Shown: positions 37,756-47,048 of the stretch, in pieces
How the letters are laid out: each line of letters opens with the position of its first letter
Numbering within the stretch: position 1 is the first letter of the stretch
Assembly: GCA_045578445.1 (NCBI GenBank)
Contig: JAZNKG010000025.1
Coordinates: forward strand, 18,247 to 82,246
Origin: Alphaproteobacteria bacterium
GTDB taxonomy: Bacteria; Pseudomonadota; Alphaproteobacteria; RF32; CAG-239
DNA: 64,000 nt
Direction of reading: 5' to 3'
The notes under the pieces: model-generated
Database searches by the model: none
Seen by the model: only the letters and a program-made list of their open reading frames with translations
Told to the model about the DNA's origin: nothing
Translations under genes and position numbers: made by a program

Positions 37756-39521
37756 TTTGCCCTCTTTATATCAGTGATAACAAATTGTAATGTTGTAGAA
37801 TTGTTCCAATGATTGAAACGTAAATTGCCTACAACATCATAGCTATTATTGTATTGGTTTAAAATTTCTTTACCAATTTCTGTATCTGCAATTTTAAATG
37901 CTATAGCAGATAGTCTTTCTTTGGTTAATGAAGTTAATTCACATCGTATATGTCCTGATCCTATAATAAATGCTTTTTGGAAAAATACGTCACGAATTAA
38001 TATGGTTGGTTCAGGGTTTCCTGTACCAAATGGTTTTAATCTTTCTAAATCTTCACAGAGTGTTTTGTTCGCACCAGTTAAGTTTATGGCAAAGTCTATA
38101 TTTATAATAGGATTTGGTTTTGTATCTTGTAGACTTTTTGCTACATATTCTCCTGCAAATTGTTTGAATGCTGGAATTTGCTCTTCTGTAAGAGAAAATC
38201 CTGCTGCCATTATGTGTCCGCCACCTTTTGTAATGACACCATTTTCTTTAGCAGAAATTATTAGCGCTCCTAAGTCAACACCATCTATAGAGCGGGCGGA
38301 GCCTTTTACTTCATCTTCTTCAATACTCATTACAAAAGCTGGGAGATTATAGCGTTCTTTTAGCTTACCAGCGACAATACCTATAACACCTTGATGCCAT
38401 CCTTTGCTATATACAAATGCCATTGGATATTGTTGGGGAGTGCCTTCTAAAATTTCTATAGATTTTTCTAATACATAACACTCAATGTCTTTTCTTTCTT
38501 GATTATAAGAATTTAATTCATCTGCTAATAGTTGTGCTTCTGTGGGATTTGTGGAACATAGTAAACGGCTACTAACGTAAGCCTTTCCTACTCTGCCACA
38601 AGCATTTATGCGTGGACCTAAAACAAATCCTAGGTGGTAAGCATCTGGTTTTTCGCTTATGCCGGCATTATCTATTAGAGTTTTTAATCCAAGATTTTGG
38701 CGAGTTGCCAATACTTTTAATCCTTGAGTTACATAAGCTCGATTGATTCCTAAAAGGGTTACAACATCACAAACAGTACCTAGCGCAACTAAGTCGAGCC
38801 ATTGCATTAGGTTTGGTTCTGGTTTTTGGTCGTTATAAAATCCTTTTTCTCTTAGTATGCGATTAATGGCGACAACAGTCATAAATACAACTCCCACCGC
38901 AGCCATGTAACCTAAGTCGGGTCTATCGTCTATTTGATCTAGACGTTTAGGGTTTACAACAGCATAAACTTTAGGAAGTTTTGTTTCTGCTTCGTGGTGG
39001 TCTATAACAATAATTTCAAATTCTTCTCCAGCTTTATCTAATATGTCAAAAGCGGTTGTTCCACAATCTACAGTAATTACTAAGTTTGCTCCAAAATCTC
39101 TAAATTCATCAAAAGCGATAGTGCTAGGTCCATAGCCTTCTTCTCTTTCAGGAATGTGAACAGCTGTTTTAACTCCAAGATATGTTAAAAATAATCGCAT
39201 AACTGATGTTGATGTTGCGCCATCTACGTCATAGTCGCCAATTATGGCAATTTTTTCATTGTTTATAATAGCATTTGCTATGCGTTCAGCAGCCTTATCC
39301 ATATCTTTTAGGATACTTGGATTAGGCATTAGAGTTGATAATTTAGGATTGAGAAAATATGGAGCTGATTGGGGTGATATTCCTCTTAAAATTAAAAGCT
39401 TTGCCATTTGCGGAGAAATTCCTAATTGAGTGCAGAACAATTCTTCTTGTCTATCATCAATGTTAGCAAGTTTCCAAATATTACCGCCTATAGAAAGCTC
39501 TTCGTGTTGAGTGTTGTCCAT
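37752..39521 (-). CDS. recJ: Single-stranded-DNA-specific exonuclease RecJ
   Basis: DHH motifs IIGDYDVDGATS, DCG and VIDHH, and the DHHA1 motif GGGHIMAAG. Length 589 aa. Confidence 0.92.
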   Translation of the reverse strand: MDNTQHEELSIGGNIWKLANIDDRQEELFCTQLGISPQMAKLLILRGISPQSAPYFLNPKLSTLMPNPSILKDMDKAAERIANAIINNEKIAIIGDYDVDGATSTSVMRLFLTYLGVKTAVHIPEREEGYGPSTIAFDEFRDFGANLVITVDCGTTAFDILDKAGEEFEIIVIDHHEAETKLPKVYAVVNPKRLDQIDDRPDLGYMAAVGVVFMTVVAINRILREKGFYNDQKPEPNLMQWLDLVALGTVCDVVTLLGINRAYVTQGLKVLATRQNLGLKTLIDNAGISEKPDAYHLGFVLGPRINACGRVGKAYVSSRLLCSTNPTEAQLLADELNSYNQERKDIECYVLEKSIEILEGTPQQYPMAFVYSKGWHQGVIGIVAGKLKERYNLPAFVMSIEEDEVKGSARSIDGVDLGALIISAKENGVITKGGGHIMAAGFSLTEEQIPAFKQFAGEYVAKSLQDTKPNPIINIDFAINLTGANKTLCEDLERLKPFGTGNPEPTILIRDVFFQKAFIIGSGHIRCELTSLTKERLSAIAFKIADTEIGKEILNQYNNSYDVVGNLRFNHWNNSTTLQFVITDIKRAK

Positions 39522-39601
39522 ATTAACTCCAATAAAACTGATATGGATTTTAAGCTATACTAAAGCTAAAAACAAGTTTATTATTTTGTTTGAGGATAAT
39601 T

Positions 39602-41185
39602 TTATAAGTTAGTTTGAGCCCATTGAGTGGCTCTGTTTTTTCCGTCTTTAGTTAGAGTTAAGATAATGGTTTTATTGTCTATGTATATAGCATTTTTTTG
39701 AGGCCAAACTTTTGAAGTTAAAGTCAAATAGTCTAATAGTTCTGGTGTTGTGTTTATTTTGTGTTTGTTTATGAAGCTCCAATATGTGTCAAAATCGTTT
39801 TGTACGAAATTTGAAAGTTGATAGAATGTATAAGCTTTTGATGGTAAATGCCATGGGATATATGGCGCAGTTAGTGTATACGAATCGGCAGGTTCGTTTG
39901 TTGATATATAATATTTGCTTCTAAAATCTAAATTGCCACCTTGTATGAAAGTATATTGGTTATTTATATTGAATTGTGGGTTGCTTTCTATACGTGTGAT
40001 AATTCTTTCCATTAATTTATTTTCAGCATTAAAACCACATAACCAAACTTTATTAGAATATGAAATTGTATTAATGTTGTATAAGATGATGCATAAAGAT
40101 AAAATGTAACTGGTGTTTTTACATACTTGAGAGGAACTTTTTTGTATTATTATAAAAGAGAAAATGTAAATGTAGAGAATACCAAAAAATTCTATGCGAG
40201 GTTGATTTAGTATATAAATACTATTTTCTGCAACAAGTAAAGATATTACAGAGGCAGAAAGTAAAGCAATAAGTAGTATAATTAAAACAAAAGAATGTGT
40301 GCTTTTTTTTAGTAGTAGAGGTAAGGCGATTAAGCACAATATTAAGCTTAATATTTTGTATGTAGCATTTATGAATGATGTTGTTTTTATAAATTGTGTA
40401 AAACTTGATTTTAGGCAAAGTATAATTTTTGAAAGCAACGTATGTAGGTTTATCTGCGCTGTGTTGTATGTATTAAATTGTAGATTGTATTTTTTTAGTA
40501 AATATTGAATACATAAAGTTAATATAACAGCTAAAATAATAGATATGGCATAAGGGATATATTTTTTAATTAAATCTTTTAGTGTATAGTTATTAAAGCA
40601 CAAATCGTTTATGATGAGTATAAAAAATATTGCGCATATCATATTTATTACTGGAGGGTATCCACCTAGTGATAGGGTAAAAATAGTAGTAGCGAGTATT
40701 AAATTTTTGATGGCATGAGGATGCTTGTTTAATATGTAAAAACTAATGACTACAAAAAAAGTCCAAGATAAGCAACTTAGCAAAATGAAGTTAAAATATA
40801 ACCATGATATAGTGTATGGTGCTGTTGTTAGTAATAGTCCAGCTATGAGTATATTTGTGTTTGATAGTTTTTTATTTAATAAATTGGTAAAAATGATTGC
40901 AGTAGCACTATAAAAAGCAAGAGATAACAATATTGTTAAAATAGGTAAGATGTTTCCTCTAAATAAAATAGTTGGAACTATGAATTGTGAGAAGCGTCCT
41001 TCAAACAAGCCACTTAGTAATGGAGTATATTCTTTTATCCAGCCCCAATCATGATTTCCCCAGATAAAAGAAAAGATAAAAGGAAGATAGCAAATAACAG
41101 TTAAGGCATAAAGGTAGAGAGATGTTTTTGAAAAAAACATTTTATGTAAAGAAGGAACTTCTACAGATATGCGTGTATGCTTCAT
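39602..41185 (-). CDS. GT-C-like polytopic membrane glycosyltransferase candidate (GtrII/glucosyltransferase-domain-like), paralog 1
   Basis: 527 aa with more than 10 hydrophobic segments. Motifs FIWGNHDW, GLFEGRFSQ, GGYPPVINM, FRSKYY and WPQKNAIYI are shared with 42212-43762 and 43768-45381. A 3-nt gap separates it from the upstream GT2 gene. Confidence 0.55.
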   Translation of the reverse strand: MKHTRISVEVPSLHKMFFSKTSLYLYALTVICYLPFIFSFIWGNHDWGWIKEYTPLLSGLFEGRFSQFIVPTILFRGNILPILTILLSLAFYSATAIIFTNLLNKKLSNTNILIAGLLLTTAPYTISWLYFNFILLSCLSWTFFVVISFYILNKHPHAIKNLILATTIFTLSLGGYPPVINMICAIFFILIINDLCFNNYTLKDLIKKYIPYAISIILAVILTLCIQYLLKKYNLQFNTYNTAQINLHTLLSKIILCLKSSFTQFIKTTSFINATYKILSLILCLIALPLLLKKSTHSFVLIILLIALLSASVISLLVAENSIYILNQPRIEFFGILYIYIFSFIIIQKSSSQVCKNTSYILSLCIILYNINTISYSNKVWLCGFNAENKLMERIITRIESNPQFNINNQYTFIQGGNLDFRSKYYISTNEPADSYTLTAPYIPWHLPSKAYTFYQLSNFVQNDFDTYWSFINKHKINTTPELLDYLTLTSKVWPQKNAIYIDNKTIILTLTKDGKNRATQWAQTNL

Positions 41186-41188
41186 TTT

Positions 41189-42133
41189 TTATTCCAAAGT
41201 TTTATCAATGATGTAGAAAGGACGATTTTTTACCTCAACAAATATGCTGGCAATATATTCTCCGATAATGCCCATAAATAAAATCGTAATACCACTAAAG
41301 AATGTGATTACCGACATTAAAGAACTCCAACCTACAATTGTAGAGCCTTGAGTATATGCCCAAAATGTCCATATCATTAATAAGAAACTTAATAATGATA
41401 TTAATACGCCACATAAGGTTATTAAATGTAGAGGTACAACGGAAAAACTAGAAATTCCTTTTAATGCAAATAATATCATCTTTTTTAATGGGTATTTAGT
41501 TATTCCTGCTTCGCGTTTTTTACGATCGTAATATACGTTGCATGATTTGAAACCAATAAGAGGAACTATTGCACGCAAAAATAAATTTCTTTCTTTAAAT
41601 TCAGACATTTTTTCAACTGCGCGGTGGCTTAATAGTCTAAAATCAGCATGGTTTGATACTAGTTCGACACCTAGTAGTTTCATAATTTTATAAAACCAAA
41701 GAGCTGTTTGACGTTTGAAAACACTATCTGTATCACGTTGTTTTCTTACACCATATACAACCTCGTTACCATCATAATATGCTTTTACCATATCTTTTAT
41801 TACATTAACATCGTCTTGCAAGTCTGCATCTATTGTTATGTAAATATCTGCTTTTGTGTTATAAAGCCCGGCTAATAAGGCTTCTTGATGTCCGAAATTA
41901 CGTGATAAGCAAATGCCTTTTATATTAGGGTTTGTTTTATGATGTTTTTCTATTATTTCCCAAGTTTTGTCTTTGGAACCATCGTTTACAAAAACTAATG
42001 AACTATCATTAGAAATAAGTTTGTTTTCTATAAGTGATGTTCTAATTTTTTCAAGAGTTTTAATTGTTTGAGGCAATACCTCTTCTTCATTAAAACAAGG
42101 AACTACTATAGCTAATTTTACAATATTTTTCAT
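41189..42133 (-). CDS. GtrB-type polyprenyl-phosphate hexosyltransferase (GT2)
   Basis: VVPCFNEEE, VNDGSKD, DADLQDD and two C-terminal TM helices ending GEYIASIF, the architecture of GtrB/DPM1-like enzymes. Confidence 0.85.
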   Translation of the reverse strand: MKNIVKLAIVVPCFNEEEVLPQTIKTLEKIRTSLIENKLISNDSSLVFVNDGSKDKTWEIIEKHHKTNPNIKGICLSRNFGHQEALLAGLYNTKADIYITIDADLQDDVNVIKDMVKAYYDGNEVVYGVRKQRDTDSVFKRQTALWFYKIMKLLGVELVSNHADFRLLSHRAVEKMSEFKERNLFLRAIVPLIGFKSCNVYYDRKKREAGITKYPLKKMILFALKGISSFSVVPLHLITLCGVLISLLSFLLMIWTFWAYTQGSTIVGWSSLMSVITFFSGITILFMGIIGEYIASIFVEVKNRPFYIIDKTLE

Positions 42134-42211
42134 GGTAATACTCGATAAATAGTTATATTTTATCTTTGTGTATCACAAAAATGTAAGTTTTTTATTAACA
42201 ACAGTATGCAA

Positions 42212-43762
42212 TTAGTAAAGTTGCTTTATTTTATCTTTAAATTCTTGTAATGTTTGCGGATGATATGTAATGATGATAAAATCATTTTTAATAAAAATAG
42301 AGTTTTTATGAGGCCAAGGTTGAGCTTGATGCATAAAAAACTCATATACATCTGGGGTTATATCTGATGGGAAAATGGTCATATCTTTATTTATATAGTT
42401 ATATGGAGAATAGAACTCTAATAAATTTGTTCCTTGCCAGTTGGCTATATAAGGTAGAGTTAACATGAATACGTCGTTTATATCATATTTATGATTATAA
42501 TAATTAGGACGTAGAGATATATCGCCTATTTGATAAAGTCGATATTTTTTATTAGGATTAAAATTAGGATGTTCTTCTATTCTTTCTACGACTCTATCGA
42601 GAATTTGCATTTCCGAATCGAAACCTTGTTTCCATATTTTTAGTGCATGATAATCGTTTAAGATATTTAAGGGGATTAATATAATCATAAAAATTAGAGC
42701 AAAACTGTGTGATAGTTTGTATTTTGAATGTAATAGCAGTCCAAGAAAAAATACATATAAAAAAGCATAACCATAAAAATCTATTCTTGATACATATTCG
42801 GTATGTGGTACTACAAGAAAAGTTGTTAATGATGTAGACCAAATGATACCAATTATTAAAACTGCAATTAGGAGTTTTTGTTTAATTGCTTTAGTTTGAG
42901 CTATAGTTGTTACTATTGCACACAAACTCATGGTGAATAAAAGTATTTTATAACCTTTTCCCATAAATGGTTGTGATATAAAAAATTGAGAAAAAGATAT
43001 CTTGATGGTTGATAAAAATTTTTGAGGTAAATCTTTTAGTTGTGATAGTTCAAGATTATATACATTATTGGGCGTCAAATATAACAAAGTTATTTTATAT
43101 AATATTACGGCAATAATTAGGGCAAATATAGTATATTTGTGGATTTTGAAAATATCTATTATAGATTTTTTTTCGTACAAGTATGAGATGATAATTTTAC
43201 CTAATATGCAAACAGCATAGGTGTTGATAATAGGGGGGTATCCACCGAAGGTTAAGTAAAAACAAATTGTTGCAAGTAGCAAAAGTATGAATTTATTTGA
43301 TGAATTATAGATTGTTGCAGATATGTATAGACCGAGTATTCCAATAAAAACCCATAATAGGCAACTGATTGTGATGAATGTAAAATATAACCAAGAAAGA
43401 GTGTATGGTTGGGTGGAGAAGAAAGTTATAAATAAGATGTAATTCAAGCGTGTTTTGGGGATATTCCAATATTTTGCTAGTAGCCATAGCCCTAACGTTA
43501 AAAATAGAAAGCCAATGAGGTTGTTTATTATGGGGAGTATTTGCCCCTCGGTTAAAAACGTATGTGGGATGAATTGTGTAAATCTACCTTCAAACAAGCC
43601 AGAATCTATGTATAATCGTTCTTTGATGAATTTTACATCATGATTTCCCCACATGAAATTAAATGTGTGATATAAAAAAGCAAGATTTACGATTATAAAG
43701 CTTATAAATATAGAGCTAATATCTGTTTTGTTGAACTTGAGTTGTGAAAATATCTTTTTCAT
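42212..43762 (-). CDS. GT-C-like polytopic membrane glycosyltransferase candidate, paralog 2
   Basis: 516 aa. Motifs FMWGNHDV, GLFEGRFTQ, GGYPPIINT, LRPNYY and WPHKNSIFI. Confidence 0.55.
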   Translation of the reverse strand: MKKIFSQLKFNKTDISSIFISFIIVNLAFLYHTFNFMWGNHDVKFIKERLYIDSGLFEGRFTQFIPHTFLTEGQILPIINNLIGFLFLTLGLWLLAKYWNIPKTRLNYILFITFFSTQPYTLSWLYFTFITISCLLWVFIGILGLYISATIYNSSNKFILLLLATICFYLTFGGYPPIINTYAVCILGKIIISYLYEKKSIIDIFKIHKYTIFALIIAVILYKITLLYLTPNNVYNLELSQLKDLPQKFLSTIKISFSQFFISQPFMGKGYKILLFTMSLCAIVTTIAQTKAIKQKLLIAVLIIGIIWSTSLTTFLVVPHTEYVSRIDFYGYAFLYVFFLGLLLHSKYKLSHSFALIFMIILIPLNILNDYHALKIWKQGFDSEMQILDRVVERIEEHPNFNPNKKYRLYQIGDISLRPNYYNHKYDINDVFMLTLPYIANWQGTNLLEFYSPYNYINKDMTIFPSDITPDVYEFFMHQAQPWPHKNSIFIKNDFIIITYHPQTLQEFKDKIKQLY

Positions 43763-43767
43763 AGAGA

Positions 43768-45381
43768 TTACCTTGCTAACTGAATGAATTGTTGCTGGAA
43801 TGATTGCTTCATCTCGTCGTTAATGATAACTAATATATGGTTGTTATTTATATATATGGCATTTTTGTGTGGCCAAGTTTTTATTTTGTTTGAAATAAAA
43901 TCTTGAAAATTTTTATCTATATTATCTATTGATATTGTATTACTGTCTTTTACAAATGTTTTTGAGGTATAAAAATTGTAATATTCTTGTGCCACCCAAA
44001 AACGTGTAAATGGAGTATTTAGTGTATAGTATCCATATTTTTCATAAATGCTTGGGGTGTAATATTTTGGTCTTAGCGAAATGTCTCCTATTTGCAATAA
44101 GCTGTAGAGTTTGGTTGAAGTAAAATCTTGATGTGAAAAGATACGTGTAATAACTCTGTCTGTTAGCATATTTTCTGCTTTGAAACCTAGTGTGTTTGCT
44201 TTGCTAAAATTATAATTTGCAAGAATATTTAACCATAATAAAATAATTGAGGTTGCAAAAATAATGTTTCTATAGATAAAGTTCTTTTTGTTAATTAAAT
44301 AAAATGAGATAAACAGTATAACTGTTGGTATAGAATAAAAATCTGTACGAACCATAAATCCAATAGGGTCATATTGAGAAAAATAATTATCTGCTGTTTC
44401 GTTGGTTAATAGAGCTGAAAATTTTATACATATAAGTAGAGCCAAAAGAAGGGATATATGAATGATTTTTGTCTGTAATGTTTTTGTGCTAAATATGTAA
44501 TCTATTGAGAACAGTGCAAAAATTGAAAATGTGAGTATTTTGAATGTAAGTGAAAAATAAGGTTGTGGTTGTAAAAAGCTTAATATTGATATTTTTATTG
44601 TTTGTGGAATTTTATATAATAAATCACTTAATTTGATATTACTGTTATTGTATAAGTTAAGCATTAGGTTATTGTTTTGTAAATAAATGTATATGATTTT
44701 TAGGATGATGAGAGATATTGTTGCGCTTATTATGTATGGTAAAAATTTTATAATATTGGCTTTTAGTTCTTTGAGAGTATTGTTTTTTGATTGTATAAAT
44801 AATAGGCATGAAATTGTTAAAAACATATTTATTGAAGCAGGATAACCACCGATAGCCAGTAATAATAGTATTAAGCTAATTGTTGTGTTTATTACTTTAT
44901 TTTGTTGAGATGCTTTTTTTGCATAATAGATTGATGTTACTATTATTAAGGGCCAAATCAATTGGGTTAAGCAAATGAATTGGAAGTATAATATTTCTAT
45001 AATGTATGGTAAGGTTACAGCAGAAAGGATTATTAAAGTTTGAGATAAGTTTTTTATATTAAAATTGAATACTTTTGTGGTTAATAATATTATACTAAGT
45101 GTGTATGCAATAAAACCAATGCTAATGTTTAGTATTGGTAATATATTACCACTAAAAAGTAGGTTAAGGAAAATATATTGACTAAAACGACCTTCAATTA
45201 ATCCAGATTTTAGATTGTTGCTGGATATTAATGGCATCCAGTCGTGATTTCCCCAAATAAAATTAAATAATAATGGGGCAAAATTTAGGCATAAAACAAA
45301 TGTAGCAATAATCCAGAGGGATATTGTTTTCTTTGGTAGTTTGAATACTTTTGTTAAACTTGACATGTTCTTTTTTTCCAT
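43768..45381 (-). CDS. GT-C-like polytopic membrane glycosyltransferase candidate, paralog 3
   Basis: 537 aa. Motifs FIWGNHDW, GLIEGRFSQ, GGYPASINM, LRPKYY and WPHKNAIYI. A 5-nt gap separates it from paralog 2. Confidence 0.55.
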   Translation of the reverse strand: MEKKNMSSLTKVFKLPKKTISLWIIATFVLCLNFAPLLFNFIWGNHDWMPLISSNNLKSGLIEGRFSQYIFLNLLFSGNILPILNISIGFIAYTLSIILLTTKVFNFNIKNLSQTLIILSAVTLPYIIEILYFQFICLTQLIWPLIIVTSIYYAKKASQQNKVINTTISLILLLLAIGGYPASINMFLTISCLLFIQSKNNTLKELKANIIKFLPYIISATISLIILKIIYIYLQNNNLMLNLYNNSNIKLSDLLYKIPQTIKISILSFLQPQPYFSLTFKILTFSIFALFSIDYIFSTKTLQTKIIHISLLLALLICIKFSALLTNETADNYFSQYDPIGFMVRTDFYSIPTVILFISFYLINKKNFIYRNIIFATSIILLWLNILANYNFSKANTLGFKAENMLTDRVITRIFSHQDFTSTKLYSLLQIGDISLRPKYYTPSIYEKYGYYTLNTPFTRFWVAQEYYNFYTSKTFVKDSNTISIDNIDKNFQDFISNKIKTWPHKNAIYINNNHILVIINDEMKQSFQQQFIQLAR

Positions 45382-45445
45382 ATACCTTTTTTGTATCTTA
45401 ATGAATAAAAGTATAAGATATAGTAAATTTTTTTTGGTGTTTTAT

Positions 45446-45856
45446 ATGAAAAAGTTAATTGTTTTTTTATTTGTAATTTTGTCTTTTGGCATAAGGGCTG
45501 AAGAGCTAAATATAATAGGTAAGGTATCGTATGATGTTAAAATAGCAAAGACAATAGAACAAAAACAAAAAGGATTGATGTTTGTTAAATATTTGCCAGA
45601 AGATAAAGGTATGCTTTTTGATGTTCGTGAAAATGAAAAAGTAAGTATGTGGATGAAAAATACATATGTTCCGTTAGATATGATTTTTTTGGATTGTGGA
45701 TATAAAATTGTAGATGTTTATAAAAATGCAAAACCTCATTCTTTAGAAAGTATTGGCAGTGATAAGGATTTTTGTTTTGTGCTAGAAGTTAATGGTGGTG
45801 ATTTTGATAAATATAAATTAGAGTTGGGTGACAAGTTCTTGTTGAGTGAATATTAA
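45446..45856 (+). CDS. DUF192 (COG1430) periplasmic protein
   Basis: ATG at 45446 gives the signal peptide MKKLIVFLFVILSFGIRA. Motifs QKGLMFV, GMLF and MWMKNTYVPLDMIFLD are typical of DUF192. Confidence 0.75.
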   Translation: MKKLIVFLFVILSFGIRAEELNIIGKVSYDVKIAKTIEQKQKGLMFVKYLPEDKGMLFDVRENEKVSMWMKNTYVPLDMIFLDCGYKIVDVYKNAKPHSLESIGSDKDFCFVLEVNGGDFDKYKLELGDKFLLSEY

Positions 45857-46107
45857 GGATTAATATTATTTGTATTATCTTCAACTTTTTTTATAATATC
45901 ATATAAATTTATATTAAGAGCGGACGCTATTTGTTTTAATGTTGATAGCGTTGGGTGGCGCTCATGATTTTCTATATAACTTAAAGCCGCTTCTGAAATA
46001 CCTGATAATTGGGATATTTTGTATCTGCTAATACAAAGTTTTTGGCGTTCTTCAACAAGAACGTCAATAACGTTATTACTAAATTCATGTGCTTCTCTTA
46101 TATTCAT
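45853..46107 (-). CDS. XRE-family helix-turn-helix transcriptional regulator (84 aa)
   Basis: HTH_3-like KISQLSGISEAALSYIENHERHPTLSTLKQIASALNINLYDII. Confidence 0.8.
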   Translation of the reverse strand: MNIREAHEFSNNVIDVLVEERQKLCISRYKISQLSGISEAALSYIENHERHPTLSTLKQIASALNINLYDIIKKVEDNTNNINP

Positions 46108-46127
46108 AAATGGTATATTATTTTATA

Positions 46128-46160
46128 TTGACAAATGTTATTACTTAACTATAGTTAAGT
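46128..46160 (+). promoter_or_regulatory. Promoter of the ParB-like gene overlapped by an 18-bp perfect palindrome, the likely XRE operator
   Basis: TTGACA (46128-46133), 16 nt, TATAGT (46150-46155). ACTTAACTATAGTTAAGT (46143-46160) is a perfect inverted repeat covering the -10. Confidence 0.6.
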
Positions 46161-46194
46161 TTGATAATTTTGTATGTAAAATGGGGACTATGTA

Positions 46195-46737
46195 ATGAAC
46201 TGTTATTTGGATGTTTTTTACAAAAAAGTGCGTAAAATACTATTAGGTACTAGTGATGCATTGTTGTGGGATAGTCGTTTTGAATTAGATGAAGTGTTTT
46301 TTAATAGAAGAATTAAATTTCGTAATTTGCGTAGATATGAAATATCTAAAATGAAATTAAAAGATATTAAACGAGAGTGGCAAGGCGAAATGTTAAGCTT
46401 GGAGGATGTATCTCCCTTCAAATTTTTACAAGGTGATACTAAAGATTATGAAGAATATTGTAATATTCATCAAAATAAAATGAGGCATAATGTTAGTGTT
46501 GATAAATATAAAGATTTAATAAAAAACATTGAAGAAAAAGGATTTGATACTAAAAAAATTATTGTTGTTGGGTATAATGATGAAATCGTTGATGGTCAAC
46601 ATAGGTGTTGTTATCTTTTATATAAATTTGGTCGAGAATATGAAATAGATGTTTTGAAAGTTGATTTATGTAAACGTACCTTAGGTGGAAAGGTACTGCA
46701 TTCATTGTTTCATTTGTTTAATAAAAATTTTAAGTAA
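46195..46737 (+). CDS. ParB-like nuclease (ParB/Srx fold) domain protein (180 aa)
   Basis: The C-terminal half carries IIVVGYNDEIVDGQHRCCYLLYKFG, the DGxHR motif of ParB N-terminal / ParB-like nuclease domains. Confidence 0.65.
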   Translation: MNCYLDVFYKKVRKILLGTSDALLWDSRFELDEVFFNRRIKFRNLRRYEISKMKLKDIKREWQGEMLSLEDVSPFKFLQGDTKDYEEYCNIHQNKMRHNVSVDKYKDLIKNIEEKGFDTKKIIVVGYNDEIVDGQHRCCYLLYKFGREYEIDVLKVDLCKRTLGGKVLHSLFHLFNKNFK

Positions 46738-46752
46738 TAATTTAAAATAGGT

Positions 46753-46782
46753 AAAAAAGAAAGGGACTTAGTCCCTTTCTTT
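46753..46782. terminator. Bidirectional intrinsic terminator between the ParB-like gene and infA
   Basis: GAAAGGGAC (46759-46767) pairs with GTCCCTTTC (46771-46779), with A6 upstream. Confidence 0.75.
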
Positions 46783-47002
46783 AATCTTTATGGCGGAAAG
46801 TGATGCGACCTTTGGTCAAATCATAAGGTGTCATTTCAATATCAACCTTATCACCAACCATAACACGAATACGGAATTTACGCATTTTGCCAGCGGTGTG
46901 TGCTAAAATTTCTACCCCATTTTCAAGTTTTACTCTAAACATTGCGTTTGGGAGTTTTTCTATAACATCACCAGTAAATTCCAAAAGTTCTTCTTTACTC
47001 AT
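46781..47002 (-). CDS. infA: Translation initiation factor IF-1
   Basis: [53 protein letters not shown]... is IF-1. Confidence 0.97.
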   Translation of the reverse strand: MSKEELLEFTGDVIEKLPNAMFRVKLENGVEILAHTAGKMRKFRIRVMVGDKVDIEMTPYDLTKGRITFRHKD

Positions 47003-47048
47003 AAAAAATTCCTTAATATGTTTTTTTTGCTATATATACCGCAAAATA

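Noticed and set aside
45341-45445. Longer ORF-track start for the DUF192 gene (MNTFVKLDMFFF...), overlapping the start of the opposite-strand GT-C gene.
   Set aside because: The ATG at 45446 yields a canonical signal peptide. The extension is hydrophobic junk over a divergent promoter region.
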